A stretch of DNA of 64,000 nt from assembly GCA_964485575.1 (NCBI GenBank), contig CAZAJO010000001.1, positions 59,602 through 123,601 on the forward strand, read 5' to 3'. Position 1 is the first letter of the stretch. Every line of letters begins with the position of its first letter. This DNA is from an uncultured Gammaproteobacteria bacterium (GTDB taxonomy: Bacteria; Patescibacteriota; Microgenomatia; Levybacterales; GWA1-39-11). Below, in pieces: positions 1 through 11,244 of this stretch. Made by a program: the position numbers and the translations under genes. Below the pieces are notes generated by a model. It had not been told where the DNA came from and made no database searches. It saw nothing but the letters and a program-made list of their open reading frames with translations.

Positions 1-1166
1 TTGTTGCTCAAACTCCAGGAATCGTCAGTACGATAAATGTCAGTGAAGGCCAGCAAGTCAGCAAAGGAACAACGCTCGTAAGTCTTTCCTCAAATTATCA
101 GGGAGGAAATGCAGCTGGTGTTCAACGTGAAATTGCGTACGCCACAAACAAAAATGCAAAGGAAACACTAGACACACAAAAAGATATCATTAAAAAACAA
201 AGAGATCTGGCCAATAAAACAGACGATAATTCAGATCAACTAAGAGATATAACTTCAAAGTCTATTGAAGAAACAAAATCACTTTTAAGTCTCAATCAAA
301 ACATTGTTTCAAGTCTCAACTCCACCCTTTCAACTCTTGAATCAACAAATGTTGGAGGAGCAAACGACGCTCAGATCCTGCAGACCAAGCAGATCATTTC
401 CCAATATCAGTCTGCAGTCAATCAACTCCAGGCGGGAGTAAGAAATTCTGAATATCAAGGGGCTGGTGACAAACCACCTGCTGATCTGTCGAATATGTCA
501 AAGGATCTTACTCAAAAGCAACTTGATCTTCAAGAAAAAGCGCTTACCCTGTCAGTTGAGATTTCCGCATTGCAATTAAAGTTAGCTCAAATCCAGGAGG
601 GAACCATGTATCCAGCGTCTCCATTTGCAGGAGTCGTTGACCGGATTTATGTCACTGAAGGAGAAGCAGTCAACCCTGGTACGCCAATTGCACTTATTCA
701 TGGCGCACAAAAGTTAAAGGCTGTCGCACGAGTACCAAGAGAAATTGCGCAGAAATTATCCCAAGTTGATGAAGCTACCCTTTCAATTGATGGGAAAACT
801 TATAAAACTGCGCCAGTCTATATTTCAACAGAAGCAACTGATGGGTCTTTGTATTCTGTAATTTTTGATGTACCGACTGATTTTCAAGACAGTGTAACAA
901 ACAATGAATTCATAACAGTTGAACTTCCGGTTGGATACGCTGACACATCAACTGCAGTTCCTTTTGTTCCGCTTGATGCTATCTATCAAAGCACTGACTC
1001 CTCATATGTCTTTGTCATCGACAATGATCGTGCGATTACCAAAAAGGTCAAATTAGGCTCTATCGTAGGACAATATGCACAAGTAGAATCGGGTCTTACT
1101 TCGGGAGATGAAATTATCCTGACAAGAACTGTTGTGGCAGGGGATAGTGTGCGCCGCATCAAATAA
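1..1166 (+). CDS. Efflux RND periplasmic adaptor (HlyD/membrane-fusion family), 5'-partial; the reading frame is open from the window edge
   Basis: The frame of ORF 495..1166 stays open back to base 3 (VAQTPGIVSTINVSEGQQVSKGTTLVSLSSNYQGG...). The product has a coiled-coil-like Q/L-rich middle and a beta-barrel C-terminus (GTPIALIHGAQKLKAVARVP; GDEIIL). It lies immediately upstream of an RND pump gene. Confidence 0.7.
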   Translation, partial: VAQTPGIVSTINVSEGQQVSKGTTLVSLSSNYQGGNAAGVQREIAYATNKNAKETLDTQKDIIKKQRDLANKTDDNSDQLRDITSKSIEETKSLLSLNQNIVSSLNSTLSTLESTNVGGANDAQILQTKQIISQYQSAVNQLQAGVRNSEYQGAGDKPPADLSNMSKDLTQKQLDLQEKALTLSVEISALQLKLAQIQEGTMYPASPFAGVVDRIYVTEGEAVNPGTPIALIHGAQKLKAVARVPREIAQKLSQVDEATLSIDGKTYKTAPVYISTEATDGSLYSVIFDVPTDFQDSVTNNEFITVELPVGYADTSTAVPFVPLDAIYQSTDSSYVFVIDNDRAITKKVKLGSIVGQYAQVESGLTSGDEIILTRTVVAGDSVRRIK

Positions 1167-1172
1167 CACCTC

Positions 1173-4100
1173 ATGGAACAAAAAAATTCATACCTGTCAC
1201 GTCTTAAGTTTGATCCGAGTCTTCTCTCATCATTTAAGGCAAAATATTTATCTAACATCCGCATAGTACTGTTGTTGCTTTTTTTGATCATCGCAACCGG
1301 AGTAACAAGCTTTCTAACTCTTCCAAGAAGGCTCAATCCTGAGGTTAAGATCCCAATCGTTGCCGTTACAACTATTTTGCCAGGTGCAAGCCCTAAGGAT
1401 GTTGAGGAGCTTGTCACAAACCCAATTGAAGATGCTATTAAAGGGACAAAGGGAATAACGACTCTTAACTCAAGCTCCAATGAATCTGCCTCAACGATTA
1501 TTGTTGAATTTAGCTCAAATATAAGTCCAGACAAAGCAGAGGCGGACCTGAAATCTGCAGTTGACACTGTAACAGATTTGCCTGAGGACGCAAAAGACCC
1601 AATTGTCAGAAAGTTCGATTTCGAAGATCAGCCCATATGGATATTTGCAGTGAAAAGCAATGATCCGGCGTCTCTGTATAGATTCTCAAAACAACTTCGC
1701 GACAAGCTTGAAGATGATTCCATCATCGACAGAGTGACCGTGAGTGGACTTGAAGATCAGGAGATCCAAATTCTTGCAGATCCTGAGAAAATAACTAAAA
1801 ATGGGATAAATCCCCTTGTTCTTTCAGGTAGTATTCGCTCGCTTCTTGCTTCTTATCCTTCAGGAAGTGTAAATTCCCAAAACCTTTCATTTCCGGTCGG
1901 TATCAACCCATCAATAGCATCAACAAATGATCTACGAAACATCACACTTAAGGTAGAAGGGGAACAAGTAAAACTGTCTGATGTTGCCTCCGTCTCTGAA
2001 AAGACAAAACCAGGACTCCAGAAAGCATTCATCGCAGATAGCAGATCAAAAGCAGAAACTGTTGCTACTTTTTCGGTCTACAAGAATAGCTCTGCAACTA
2101 TTGATGAAGGATCACAAAGGACAAAAAAGATTGTTGAAGATACGATAAAACCATACAAAAACACGTTCAAAGTTGTCAGCATCACTGACTCTTCACATCT
2201 CATAGATGATGAGTTCGGTAATCTAACAGATAGTTTTCGCGATACTCTTATTCTTGTATTTATCACATTTCTTATCTTCCTTGGAATCAGACAAGCGCTT
2301 ATTGCAGTTCTTACCATCCCACTCACCTTTCTTGCTACTTTTACGGTTATCCATAGTGTGGGACTCTCATTAAATTTCTTGACTTTATTTTCACTTCTTC
2401 TGGCTCTTGGACTTTTGGTTGATGACACTATTGTTGTTGTGACCGGTATGACCTCTTACTATAGATCCAAGAAATTCACTCCACATCAGACTGGACTTTT
2501 GGTATGGCGAGACCTAATTGTTCCTATTTGGAGTACTACCATAACAACATCCTGGGCATTTCTTCCTTTACTTCTTTCGACTGGAATCATAGGAGAATTC
2601 ATAAAAACAATTCCAATAGTGGTCGCAACAACCCTCTATTCATCTACAGCAATTGCTGTTCTTATAACAATTCCCCTTATGATTGTTGTACTAAAATTCA
2701 GCATTCCACGAAGAGTCGCTGTCCTTCTGAAAATCGTAACTGTTCTTCTAATTGTATTTCTTATATTGACCCTTTTTAATGGCAACCCCTTTGCGATAGT
2801 GATTCTTTTATTGACAGCACTTTTTGCATATATAACGATAAGAGAAAGGGCATTGCTATACGCCAAATTTGAGGATCTTTTTGGACGTTCAAGAATCAGA
2901 AATACTAAAGTTCTTGCTACTCGCTTCAATGAAAGGTTGATAGATATAGAGCATCTAGCACTTTACTACAAACGGATCATTTTAAGGATTCTTTCATCGA
3001 AGAATGCTAGGAAAAAAGTTTTGATTGCAGTTGTCATCTTCTCTATATTTTCTTATCTTTTAGTTCCTTTTGGGTTTGTTACTAATGAATTTTTCCCAAA
3101 AAGTGAGAATGACTATATCTATGTGAATTTGGAGATGCCAAGCGGATCAAATACAACAACCGTTACAAATGCCACAAGTTCACTTCTTGAAAAATTGAGA
3201 AAAACAAAAGGCATAGAATATGTGTCAGCTGAGGTTGGAAAAGGGATTGATGCCGGAGCACAAGACTTTAGATCAGGTGGAAACGTAGCACTATTTACAT
3301 TGTCACTCCCTTCAAAAGATGAAAGAAAAATCGACTCACTTGAAATTGCAAATAATATACGGGAAGAACTAAAACATATCAAAAGTGAAGGAAAAATTTC
3401 TGTTGTAGAACTCTCTGGAGGACCACCGGCTGGAGCTGAAGTTCAGGTACAATTGTTGGGTGATGATTTGGCAAAGCTTGATAGTTATGCAGATCAAATC
3501 ATGGTCTTTCTACAAAAACAGCAAGGAATTATTAACGTAACAAAATCAGTAAATCCTGGCACTTCAAAATTATCATTTGTCCCTGATCCCTCAAAGCTTG
3601 CAGCTTCAGGAATATCACAAGACTCACTTGGTATATGGCTCAGAACATTTACGACTGGTCTCACATTTAAGAGTGTTAAATTCGGAGAAAAAGATTCAAA
3701 GGACATCGTGTTTCGCATGAATCCAGACACACAAAGCCCTGAGGATCTTTCCCGTCTTTCAGTTCCTGATAATGACAAATCGTATGTGCCTTTACTCTCT
3801 TTGGGAGAACTGAAATTGGATACAAATCCAACAGCAACAACACATCTTGATACCAAAAGGACGATATCGGTGAGTGCCGGCGTCAGCAAAGGTTATTCTG
3901 TTTCAAAGGCGAATGAAAACTTACTCAAATACGTAGATGGTCTGAAGCTGACGGATGGTTATGAGTATAGGACAGGCGGAGTAAATGAGGAAAATCAAAA
4001 ATCAGTCACTTCAATTTTGCAGTCAATGATCCTTGCAGGAATTCTGATTTTGGCAACCATGGTAATCCAATTCAGAAGTTATAGAAAGGCTCTTATTGTC

Positions 4101-4520
4101 ATGCTTGTCATCCCACTTGCTATCTCAGGTGTATTTATCGTATTTGCACTTACTGGTACCCCACTTTCTTTCCCAGCACTTATCGGGGTGCTTTCCCTCT
4201 TTGGAATAGTTGTAACGCACGCAATGTTTTTGGTAGACAAATTCAATAGAAATCTGGCAATAAATATGCCATTTAAAGAGGCTATTGCAGATGGTGCGGC
4301 AAGTAGACTAGAACCAGTGTTTATCGGCTCATTTACCACCATTGTGGGGCTTATTCCTATCTCTTTGTCTAACCCACTCTGGCGTGGACTTGGAGGGGCA
4401 ATCATTGCAGGTCTCGCTTTTTCAGGAATCATCATGTTATTCTTCATACCGGTAATGTATTACATTGTATATAGACATGACTACGAGAAAAAAACACCGA
4501 GAACAAATCCCCGAGTTTAA
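1173..4520 (+). CDS. RND family efflux transporter permease (AcrB/AcrD/CzcA-like), 1115 aa
   Basis: The size, 12-TM architecture with two large periplasmic loops, and typical RND blocks (LGLLVDDTIVVV; ALIGVLSLFGIVVTHAMFLVD) support the call. It follows the adaptor gene with a 6-nt gap. Confidence 0.85.
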   Translation: MEQKNSYLSRLKFDPSLLSSFKAKYLSNIRIVLLLLFLIIATGVTSFLTLPRRLNPEVKIPIVAVTTILPGASPKDVEELVTNPIEDAIKGTKGITTLNSSSNESASTIIVEFSSNISPDKAEADLKSAVDTVTDLPEDAKDPIVRKFDFEDQPIWIFAVKSNDPASLYRFSKQLRDKLEDDSIIDRVTVSGLEDQEIQILADPEKITKNGINPLVLSGSIRSLLASYPSGSVNSQNLSFPVGINPSIASTNDLRNITLKVEGEQVKLSDVASVSEKTKPGLQKAFIADSRSKAETVATFSVYKNSSATIDEGSQRTKKIVEDTIKPYKNTFKVVSITDSSHLIDDEFGNLTDSFRDTLILVFITFLIFLGIRQALIAVLTIPLTFLATFTVIHSVGLSLNFLTLFSLLLALGLLVDDTIVVVTGMTSYYRSKKFTPHQTGLLVWRDLIVPIWSTTITTSWAFLPLLLSTGIIGEFIKTIPIVVATTLYSSTAIAVLITIPLMIVVLKFSIPRRVAVLLKIVTVLLIVFLILTLFNGNPFAIVILLLTALFAYITIRERALLYAKFEDLFGRSRIRNTKVLATRFNERLIDIEHLALYYKRIILRILSSKNARKKVLIAVVIFSIFSYLLVPFGFVTNEFFPKSENDYIYVNLEMPSGSNTTTVTNATSSLLEKLRKTKGIEYVSAEVGKGIDAGAQDFRSGGNVALFTLSLPSKDERKIDSLEIANNIREELKHIKSEGKISVVELSGGPPAGAEVQVQLLGDDLAKLDSYADQIMVFLQKQQGIINVTKSVNPGTSKLSFVPDPSKLAASGISQDSLGIWLRTFTTGLTFKSVKFGEKDSKDIVFRMNPDTQSPEDLSRLSVPDNDKSYVPLLSLGELKLDTNPTATTHLDTKRTISVSAGVSKGYSVSKANENLLKYVDGLKLTDGYEYRTGGVNEENQKSVTSILQSMILAGILILATMVIQFRSYRKALIVMLVIPLAISGVFIVFALTGTPLSFPALIGVLSLFGIVVTHAMFLVDKFNRNLAINMPFKEAIADGAASRLEPVFIGSFTTIVGLIPISLSNPLWRGLGGAIIAGLAFSGIIMLFFIPVMYYIVYRHDYEKKTPRTNPRV

Positions 4521-5301
4521 GAAAAAAATCCGTTCCTTTTATAAAGAAAACAAACGAGAGTTTGCGTGGAGAAATACATCCGACCCATACAAGATAATCG
4601 TTTCTGAAATGATGCTCCAGCAAACCCAAACAGGAAGGGTTACTGAAAAATATGCAGCCTTTTTAAGGGCCTTTCCAACCGTTTCACACCTTTCAAAAGC
4701 ATCCACTTCAGAAGTCTTAAAGGCATGGCAGGGCTTGGGATACAACAGACGAGCACTATATTTGAAAAGAACAGCCGAGATTGTTTGTGAAAAGTATAAT
4801 GGAACGTTTCCCAAGCTCAAAAGTGAGTTAATTGAGCTCCCAGGAATAGGAACAAATACAGCCGGTGCGGTAATAGCATTTGCCCATAATCTACCTGTCA
4901 CTTTCATAGAAACCAACATTAGAAGAGTTTTTATCTACGAATTTTTCCGTGAAAAAGAAATCGTTGACGATCAAGAAATTTACCCACTCATTGAAGCGTC
5001 GTTGAACACTAAAAATCCACGCGAATGGTACTATGCATTGATGGATTATGGCGCCCATCTAGGAAGAACTGTAGTTAACCCGAATAGGAAAAGTAAGACG
5101 TATTCCAAACAAGCAAAGTTTGAAGGATCACTGCGTCAAGTCCGCGGAATGATATTAAAACTCCTTTTGAAAAAGCCTATGACTGAAACGTCACTATCAA
5201 AACTGATTGGGAACAAAGAGTATTGTGCAACAGCACTTCATCAATTAGAGAAAGAAGGTTTTATTGTAAGAAAATCAAATAATCTTTCTCTAAAGCCTTG
5301 A
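4465..5301 (+). CDS. HhH-GPD base-excision DNA glycosylase (MutY/endonuclease III family), apparently without a 4Fe-4S Cys cluster or NUDIX tail
   Basis: N-terminal WRNTSDPYKIIVSEMMLQQTQ matches the MutY/Nth signature. The helix-hairpin-helix motif is LPGIGTNTAGAVIAFAH. There is no CX6CX2CX5C motif. The start overlaps the 3' end of the RND gene by about 45-56 nt (alternative ATG at 4477). Confidence 0.7.
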   Translation: MYIDMTTRKKHREQIPEFKKKIRSFYKENKREFAWRNTSDPYKIIVSEMMLQQTQTGRVTEKYAAFLRAFPTVSHLSKASTSEVLKAWQGLGYNRRALYLKRTAEIVCEKYNGTFPKLKSELIELPGIGTNTAGAVIAFAHNLPVTFIETNIRRVFIYEFFREKEIVDDQEIYPLIEASLNTKNPREWYYALMDYGAHLGRTVVNPNRKSKTYSKQAKFEGSLRQVRGMILKLLLKKPMTETSLSKLIGNKEYCATALHQLEKEGFIVRKSNNLSLKP

Positions 5302-5332
5302 TTTTGAAAGTGTATTTTTCTAAGATAGATGT

Positions 5333-6109
5333 ATGTCAGATCTCAAGAGTTATTTCAGAGAAAACAAACTTGTCCAAAATTATGCTTGGATTCTAGTGCT
5401 TACTGTCTTTTTTCTTTGGCTTGTCAATTATTTTAATATTTCCTATCCTCTCACCATAACCTCCCGCGCTGCTTCTGGAGAATTAGCAGTTGTAGGCGAA
5501 GGAAAGGTTGACATAACTCCAAATAACGCATCCGTTGATCTTGGGATTGTGACAAATGATGCAAAATCTGTTGATGATGCACAAAATCAGATAAATAAAG
5601 TGAATAACGCGATTGTAGATAACCTTACACAACTCGGGATCGATAAAAAGGATATAAAGACCTCAAATTACTCAATAATGCCTAACTATGATTATACGAA
5701 AAGTGGATCAGGTACAATTACCGGATATAACGGAAATACAACAGTCACTGTAAAAGTAAAAGATACTTCAAAACTCCCTGATGTGATAGCTGCTGCAACC
5801 AGGGGTGGTGCAAATCAAGTAATGGGTACCAACTACTCCGTCGAGTCTCCAGAAAAATACAGAGAACAAGCCCGCAATAAGGCTATAGCAAATGCTAAAG
5901 AGCAGGCCCAAAAATTAGCAGGAGAACTAGGAATTAGACTTGGTAAGGTTACCAATATCGTAGAGTCAACCAATGATAATGGCCCATACCCATTGATGTA
6001 TAAAGCTGAAGCGGTAAGTATGGGCGGAGGAAATGCTCCTGTCCCCGATCTTCAACCAGGGACCCAAACAATCTCATCCTCAGTCACTCTCTATTTCGAT
6101 AAGAGATAA
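5333..6109 (+). CDS. SIMPL/DUF541 family periplasmic protein (YggE-like)
   Basis: N-terminal signal-anchor. VVGEGKVDITPNNASVDL...VNNAIVDNLTQLGIDKKDIKTSNYSIMPNYDY and the C-terminal QPGTQTISSSVTLYF are typical of the SIMPL domain. Confidence 0.65.
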   Translation: MSDLKSYFRENKLVQNYAWILVLTVFFLWLVNYFNISYPLTITSRAASGELAVVGEGKVDITPNNASVDLGIVTNDAKSVDDAQNQINKVNNAIVDNLTQLGIDKKDIKTSNYSIMPNYDYTKSGSGTITGYNGNTTVTVKVKDTSKLPDVIAAATRGGANQVMGTNYSVESPEKYREQARNKAIANAKEQAQKLAGELGIRLGKVTNIVESTNDNGPYPLMYKAEAVSMGGGNAPVPDLQPGTQTISSSVTLYFDKR

Positions 6110-7285
<1,176 letters not shown>

Positions 7286-7435
7286 TTCCAATTAACAGAT
7301 GGGTGACTCGACTGGGGGACCCCCATTGAGAATCTAACACAAGCGATCAACTTTGTCTTAAACAGATAGAGCGGGTGTTAAGAATCGCAAATGGGGGTAA
7401 GGAGAGTCAGGACCCATCTACCCAGCTGAGCAAAC

Positions 7436-7465
7436 TTGACACGCTTACCTCTTTTTTACTATCAT
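7436..7465 (+). promoter_or_regulatory. Sigma70-like promoter: TTGACA, 18-nt spacer, TATCAT, 6 nt upstream of the ATG at 7472
   Basis: Read directly: ttgacacgcttacctcttttttactatcat. Consensus -35 and 4/6 -10. Confidence 0.45.
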
Positions 7466-7471
7466 GGATAT

Positions 7472-8209
7472 ATGCGAAAAAGACTGCTCGTTATATTTTC
7501 TGTCGTAATTTTCGGAATTTCCCCAGCCTTTGCATTTGCCGAAGATTCAGCAACTACAAATACTATTACCTCTGATACTACTGTTACAGCAACTCCAACC
7601 ACAACAAAAGAGAAACACGCTGATACTCTAAAAGTCCGCCCTACTCTTACATCTGCTATGAAAGATGCAAAAAGTGAAATACATGACAAAAAGGAAGAGG
7701 CAAGAGCAGAATTTAAAACGAAACTCGCTGAGATCAAAGACGCAAGAAAACAATCTATAGTCACAAATATAGATACGCGAATCAACACGATAAATAAGAA
7801 TCGGACTGATGAAATGTCTAAAAGACTAGAGAGACTCACTACCATTCTTACAAAAATATCGACAAAAGAGGCTACTCTTTCTTCCGAAGGAAAAAACACC
7901 ACCACGTTGAAAAACGATATCACAGCAGCAACTGCTGCAATTAATGCTGCAATTACCGCTGTGAGCGATCAGGCAGCAAAAGACTATGTAGTTACTCTTA
8001 CCACGGATACTGCACTTAAGACTAATGTTTCGACAGTGATCAAACAATTTATGGCCGATATTAAGGCTGTGTTTCTAAAAGTGGTTGCAGCCCAAACAGC
8101 AGTATTTAAAGCTCACACTGACCTCGCAAAACTAATGGGCATCACCCCAACTCCTACAACAGCAACAACCACACCAACAGCAACTATTACCGTAACACCA
8201 ACACCTTAA
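7472..8209 (+). CDS. Secreted Thr-rich hypothetical protein (signal peptide MRKRLLVIFSVVIFGISPAFAFA), coiled-coil middle, C-terminal TPT-repeat tail
   Basis: Start taken as the ATG at 7472; the ORF track's 7436 is a TTG inside the promoter. Low-complexity T/A-rich sequence with no recognisable enzymatic motif. Confidence 0.55.
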   Translation: MRKRLLVIFSVVIFGISPAFAFAEDSATTNTITSDTTVTATPTTTKEKHADTLKVRPTLTSAMKDAKSEIHDKKEEARAEFKTKLAEIKDARKQSIVTNIDTRINTINKNRTDEMSKRLERLTTILTKISTKEATLSSEGKNTTTLKNDITAATAAINAAITAVSDQAAKDYVVTLTTDTALKTNVSTVIKQFMADIKAVFLKVVAAQTAVFKAHTDLAKLMGITPTPTTATTTPTATITVTPTP

Positions 8210-8219
8210 AGATATAACT

Positions 8220-8654
8220 ATGGAAAATAAAGACCAAACAATACCAACAACACCAGTCGCACCAAATCCTCCGCCTGTTGCACCAACTGCACCTGTTACA
8301 CCTCCGCCAACTAGTGTCCCTACGACTCCGGTCCCACCAACCCCACCTCCTGTCGCAGCAACAGCTCCTGTTGTTGCTCCACCCTCATCGGGTAAAAAGA
8401 ACAACGGACTTCTTATCGTTGCATTCATTCTTGTCACATTAATAATTGTTCTGGGAGCACTTTACTACATCATCATGAAACAGTCCTCTACCCAAACGAC
8501 GACGACCCCACCTGTCCAGCAACAAGTAATTCAACCTACGACCCCACCTGTCACACCAACAGTTACGCCAACAGATGAAGAGATATTAACTACTCCAGTC
8601 CCCAATCCTGAAGAGGATGGTACCCAGCTTAATACAGAAATCCAAGGACTATAA
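8220..8654 (+). CDS. Pro/Thr-rich single-pass membrane protein, hypothetical
   Basis: PPVAPTAPVTPPPT repeats, a central TM (LLIVAFILVTLIIVLGALYYII), then a T/P/Q-rich extracellular tail. It starts 10 nt after the previous gene. Confidence 0.5.
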   Translation: MENKDQTIPTTPVAPNPPPVAPTAPVTPPPTSVPTTPVPPTPPPVAATAPVVAPPSSGKKNNGLLIVAFILVTLIIVLGALYYIIMKQSSTQTTTTPPVQQQVIQPTTPPVTPTVTPTDEEILTTPVPNPEEDGTQLNTEIQGL

Positions 8655-8675
8655 GCATGTGCATTCGCACTAATT

Positions 8676-9008
8676 TTACGAAAGACTTGAAAGAAGAGAG
8701 GAAACGAGAGAGACTACTATACTAAAAAGTATCGCTGCCAAAATCCCACTGACATGAAACCCAGGAACAACAGATCCGACGAGTAAAACAAGAAGTCCAT
8801 TTAAGACCAACAAGAATACTCCAAGGGTCAAAATCGTTAGTGGAATAGTCAAGATTACTAAGACTGGTTTTAGGAAGGTGTTAACGATACCCAAAACAAT
8901 TGCTACTACAACAAGAGTTGTCATTGAATCAATTGTTACTCCTGGGATGATAAATGCTGCTACAAATACAGAGATGGTCAGTATGATGAGTCGTAGTACG
9001 AGATTCAT
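8676..9008 (-). CDS. Phage-holin-family-4-like (PF04020/DUF360-type) small 4-TM membrane protein
   Basis: FIIPGVTI...LGIVNTFLKPVLVILTIPLTILTLGVFLLVLNGLLVLLVGSVVPGFHVSG matches the conserved IPG...N.FLKP...LTLP..TLG...PGF pattern of that family. Confidence 0.6.
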   Translation of the reverse strand: MNLVLRLIILTISVFVAAFIIPGVTIDSMTTLVVVAIVLGIVNTFLKPVLVILTIPLTILTLGVFLLVLNGLLVLLVGSVVPGFHVSGILAAILFSIVVSLVSSLLSSLS

Positions 9009-9043
9009 ACCTCTATTATAGCCTTAAGAAAATATTAATCAAA

Positions 9044-10099
9044 TCAATAGGATCTACTCAGATTGAATTCTAAAAGGCTCTTGAGTATTTCTTTTTGTTG
9101 CTCATCAACCTTTAAATTATCAAAAATTTTCCATGACTTTTCCATGATCATATCTATATCCTTATCCAACAATTCCACAATCTGATACTTCAGAATTAGA
9201 TCCCTTATTCTACTCAACTGATTTAACGTAAGATCAGCATTACCGAATGACTCATCTAAAAACTTTCTTTCACTTTCATCAGCTTTCTCAAAAAGTAGGG
9301 CTCTTACAAGCGTTTTTTTATTCTCCCGGATATCAGACCCGACAGGCTTTCCTATCTCTTTTTCATCACCCATAAGCCCAATGATGTCATCTTTCATCTG
9401 AAATATTGTTCCGATGTATTCTCCCAACTCCTCGAATTCATTATTTGTAGACTCATCTGTTCCGGTTACTATACAGGCCAATACAAAGGGGAGTGAAAAA
9501 GTATAACGAGCGGTTTTATATTTGTAGACAGAATAGATCTCATCAATTGTCGCTTCTTCTGGGGTCTGACCAAATTCAGAATCGATTCCTTCAGCCAAAG
9601 CAACAGTTTTTATCTCTTGTGATAAATACCGTATCAGTTGACCTACAGAACTTAATTTAAGATCTGAAACCAGTTCCATAGCAAGATAAAAGGATACGTC
9701 AGCAGCCAATATTGCTATTGAAATTCCGTAATGCTTAGCATCTATTGCATCTACACTTTTACCTTTCTCTTCATATAAAGCAAATATTGTTTTTCCACCA
9801 CGTCTCATGTAGTCGTTGTCGATGATATCATCTTGTATCAAAAGCGATGAATGGATCAGCTCTATCGCACACGCAATATGTATGTAATCCTTTGTTATTT
9901 TTTGTCCTAAAAGTTCTACCGTTAACAAAAATAATGTCCCTCGTATTAACTTCCCTTTGAATACAAACTCTTCCAACGAATCGATTATTCCTTGTTTTTG
10001 AAGTGACTGAGGAATCGCCTCTTTCTGTAAATGTAGAAATTGTTTTAGATTTTCTTCGATCAGATTTCTTGAAGAAGCTGAGTATTCTTGGAAAGTCAT
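9044..10099 (-). CDS. Polyprenyl (isoprenyl diphosphate) synthetase, trans-IPPS family
   Basis: First Asp-rich motif LIQDDIIDND and second FQMKDDIIGLMGD; KT..Y.F pattern between them. Chain length is not assignable from sequence. Confidence 0.8.
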   Translation of the reverse strand: MTFQEYSASSRNLIEENLKQFLHLQKEAIPQSLQKQGIIDSLEEFVFKGKLIRGTLFLLTVELLGQKITKDYIHIACAIELIHSSLLIQDDIIDNDYMRRGGKTIFALYEEKGKSVDAIDAKHYGISIAILAADVSFYLAMELVSDLKLSSVGQLIRYLSQEIKTVALAEGIDSEFGQTPEEATIDEIYSVYKYKTARYTFSLPFVLACIVTGTDESTNNEFEELGEYIGTIFQMKDDIIGLMGDEKEIGKPVGSDIRENKKTLVRALLFEKADESERKFLDESFGNADLTLNQLSRIRDLILKYQIVELLDKDIDMIMEKSWKIFDNLKVDEQQKEILKSLLEFNLSRSY

Positions 10100-10140
10100 A
10101 GTGAGATACTAGACCATATTATAACAGTTTTGAGGTAATA

Positions 10141-11148
10141 TTATTCCTTTGGAGCAGGAACTACGTTAAGCGGCATATTGTTCATAAAACCCGTCAGATT
10201 TTGATGGGTTGTTTCTACAATCTTATGCAAAGCTTCATTGCTATTGAAAGCATTGTGTGGCGTTACAATAACATTTGGATGTTTTACTAACATATGATCC
10301 TCCAAAATTGCCATAAGTTTGTCTTTCTCAAATGACAATGAAAGAAGATCTTTCTCTTCCTCCAATAATGGCTCTTCTTCCAAAACATCAAGTCCAGCAG
10401 CTTTCACTTTGCCAGACTCTAAAGCTTTGAGAAGTGCCATGCTATCGATCAGAGCTCCTCGTGCAGTATTTATGATAACGACCCCATCCTTCATCATATT
10501 GAATTGCTCCTCTCCAACATAATGATGTGTTTCTTTTGTATAAGGGATATGAAGTGAAATAATATCCGCCTGCTGATAAAGCAAAGGTAACTCAACAAAT
10601 TTGCATCCCAATTCTTTTTCAAGAGCATAGTCTGGAGTTCTTTTGTAGACGATCGCATTCATCCCAAACCCCCGTGCAATTCTTATTACGTTTGTTCCGA
10701 TACTACCTACCCCTATTACACCAATTGTTTTACCTCTCAATTCAAATCCAGTCAGACCACTTGGCATGAAATCTCCCTCCTTGACCCTCTCCATGGATTC
10801 GGGAAGCCTTCTTGAAATCGCCAACAGTAAAGCAAATGTATGCTCAGCGACAATAGTCTCTCCATATGATGGGACATTTGAAATCAGAATGTTTCGATTT
10901 TTACATTCTTCAGAATCGATATGATCAAAGCCTGTGGACATTGTTGTTATGAATTTAAGATTGGGCATCTTATCAAGTAGTTCTTTATTCATTTGGGAAT
11001 GTATAAAGATGATCACAACGTCAAATGTTTCAAGTCCGGGAGTTTCTGGAGACAAAGGCTCATCAAAAAAAACTAATTCATTATTGGTTATCTCTCGCTG
11101 AAAGTATTCTTTCTCCCAATTTTCAAGTTCAAAAAATGCGTATTTCAT
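10141..11148 (-). CDS. D-isomer-specific 2-hydroxyacid dehydrogenase family NAD-dependent oxidoreductase
   Basis: Rossmann motif GKTIGVIGVGSIGTNV; catalytic-region blocks IINTARGALID and VIVTPHNAF (catalytic His). Confidence 0.8.
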   Translation of the reverse strand: MKYAFFELENWEKEYFQREITNNELVFFDEPLSPETPGLETFDVVIIFIHSQMNKELLDKMPNLKFITTMSTGFDHIDSEECKNRNILISNVPSYGETIVAEHTFALLLAISRRLPESMERVKEGDFMPSGLTGFELRGKTIGVIGVGSIGTNVIRIARGFGMNAIVYKRTPDYALEKELGCKFVELPLLYQQADIISLHIPYTKETHHYVGEEQFNMMKDGVVIINTARGALIDSMALLKALESGKVKAAGLDVLEEEPLLEEEKDLLSLSFEKDKLMAILEDHMLVKHPNVIVTPHNAFNSNEALHKIVETTHQNLTGFMNNMPLNVVPAPKE

Positions 11149-11244
11149 AGATAAAATACCGCAATCTATACCGAGAGTCTCTTCAAAACGTAGTTTTAAA
11201 AAAAGAGTTATCGGTATGGCAGTTAATAAAGTATATGGAATTTA

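Noticed and set aside
986-1567. 193-aa minus-strand ORF overlapping the adaptor and RND genes; the same applies to 2078..2428, 2636..2929, 3119..3382, 3494..3889 and 4079..4447, all minus-strand ORFs inside the RND gene
   Set aside because: They are antisense to a long, well-supported RND CDS. They have no motifs and low-complexity composition, which makes them typical shadow ORFs.
8132-8437. 101-aa Gly/Cys-rich minus-strand ORF
   Set aside because: It is the antisense reading of the Pro/Thr-repeat coding region (ACNCCN repeats give GGNGTN on the other strand), which makes it a composition artefact.
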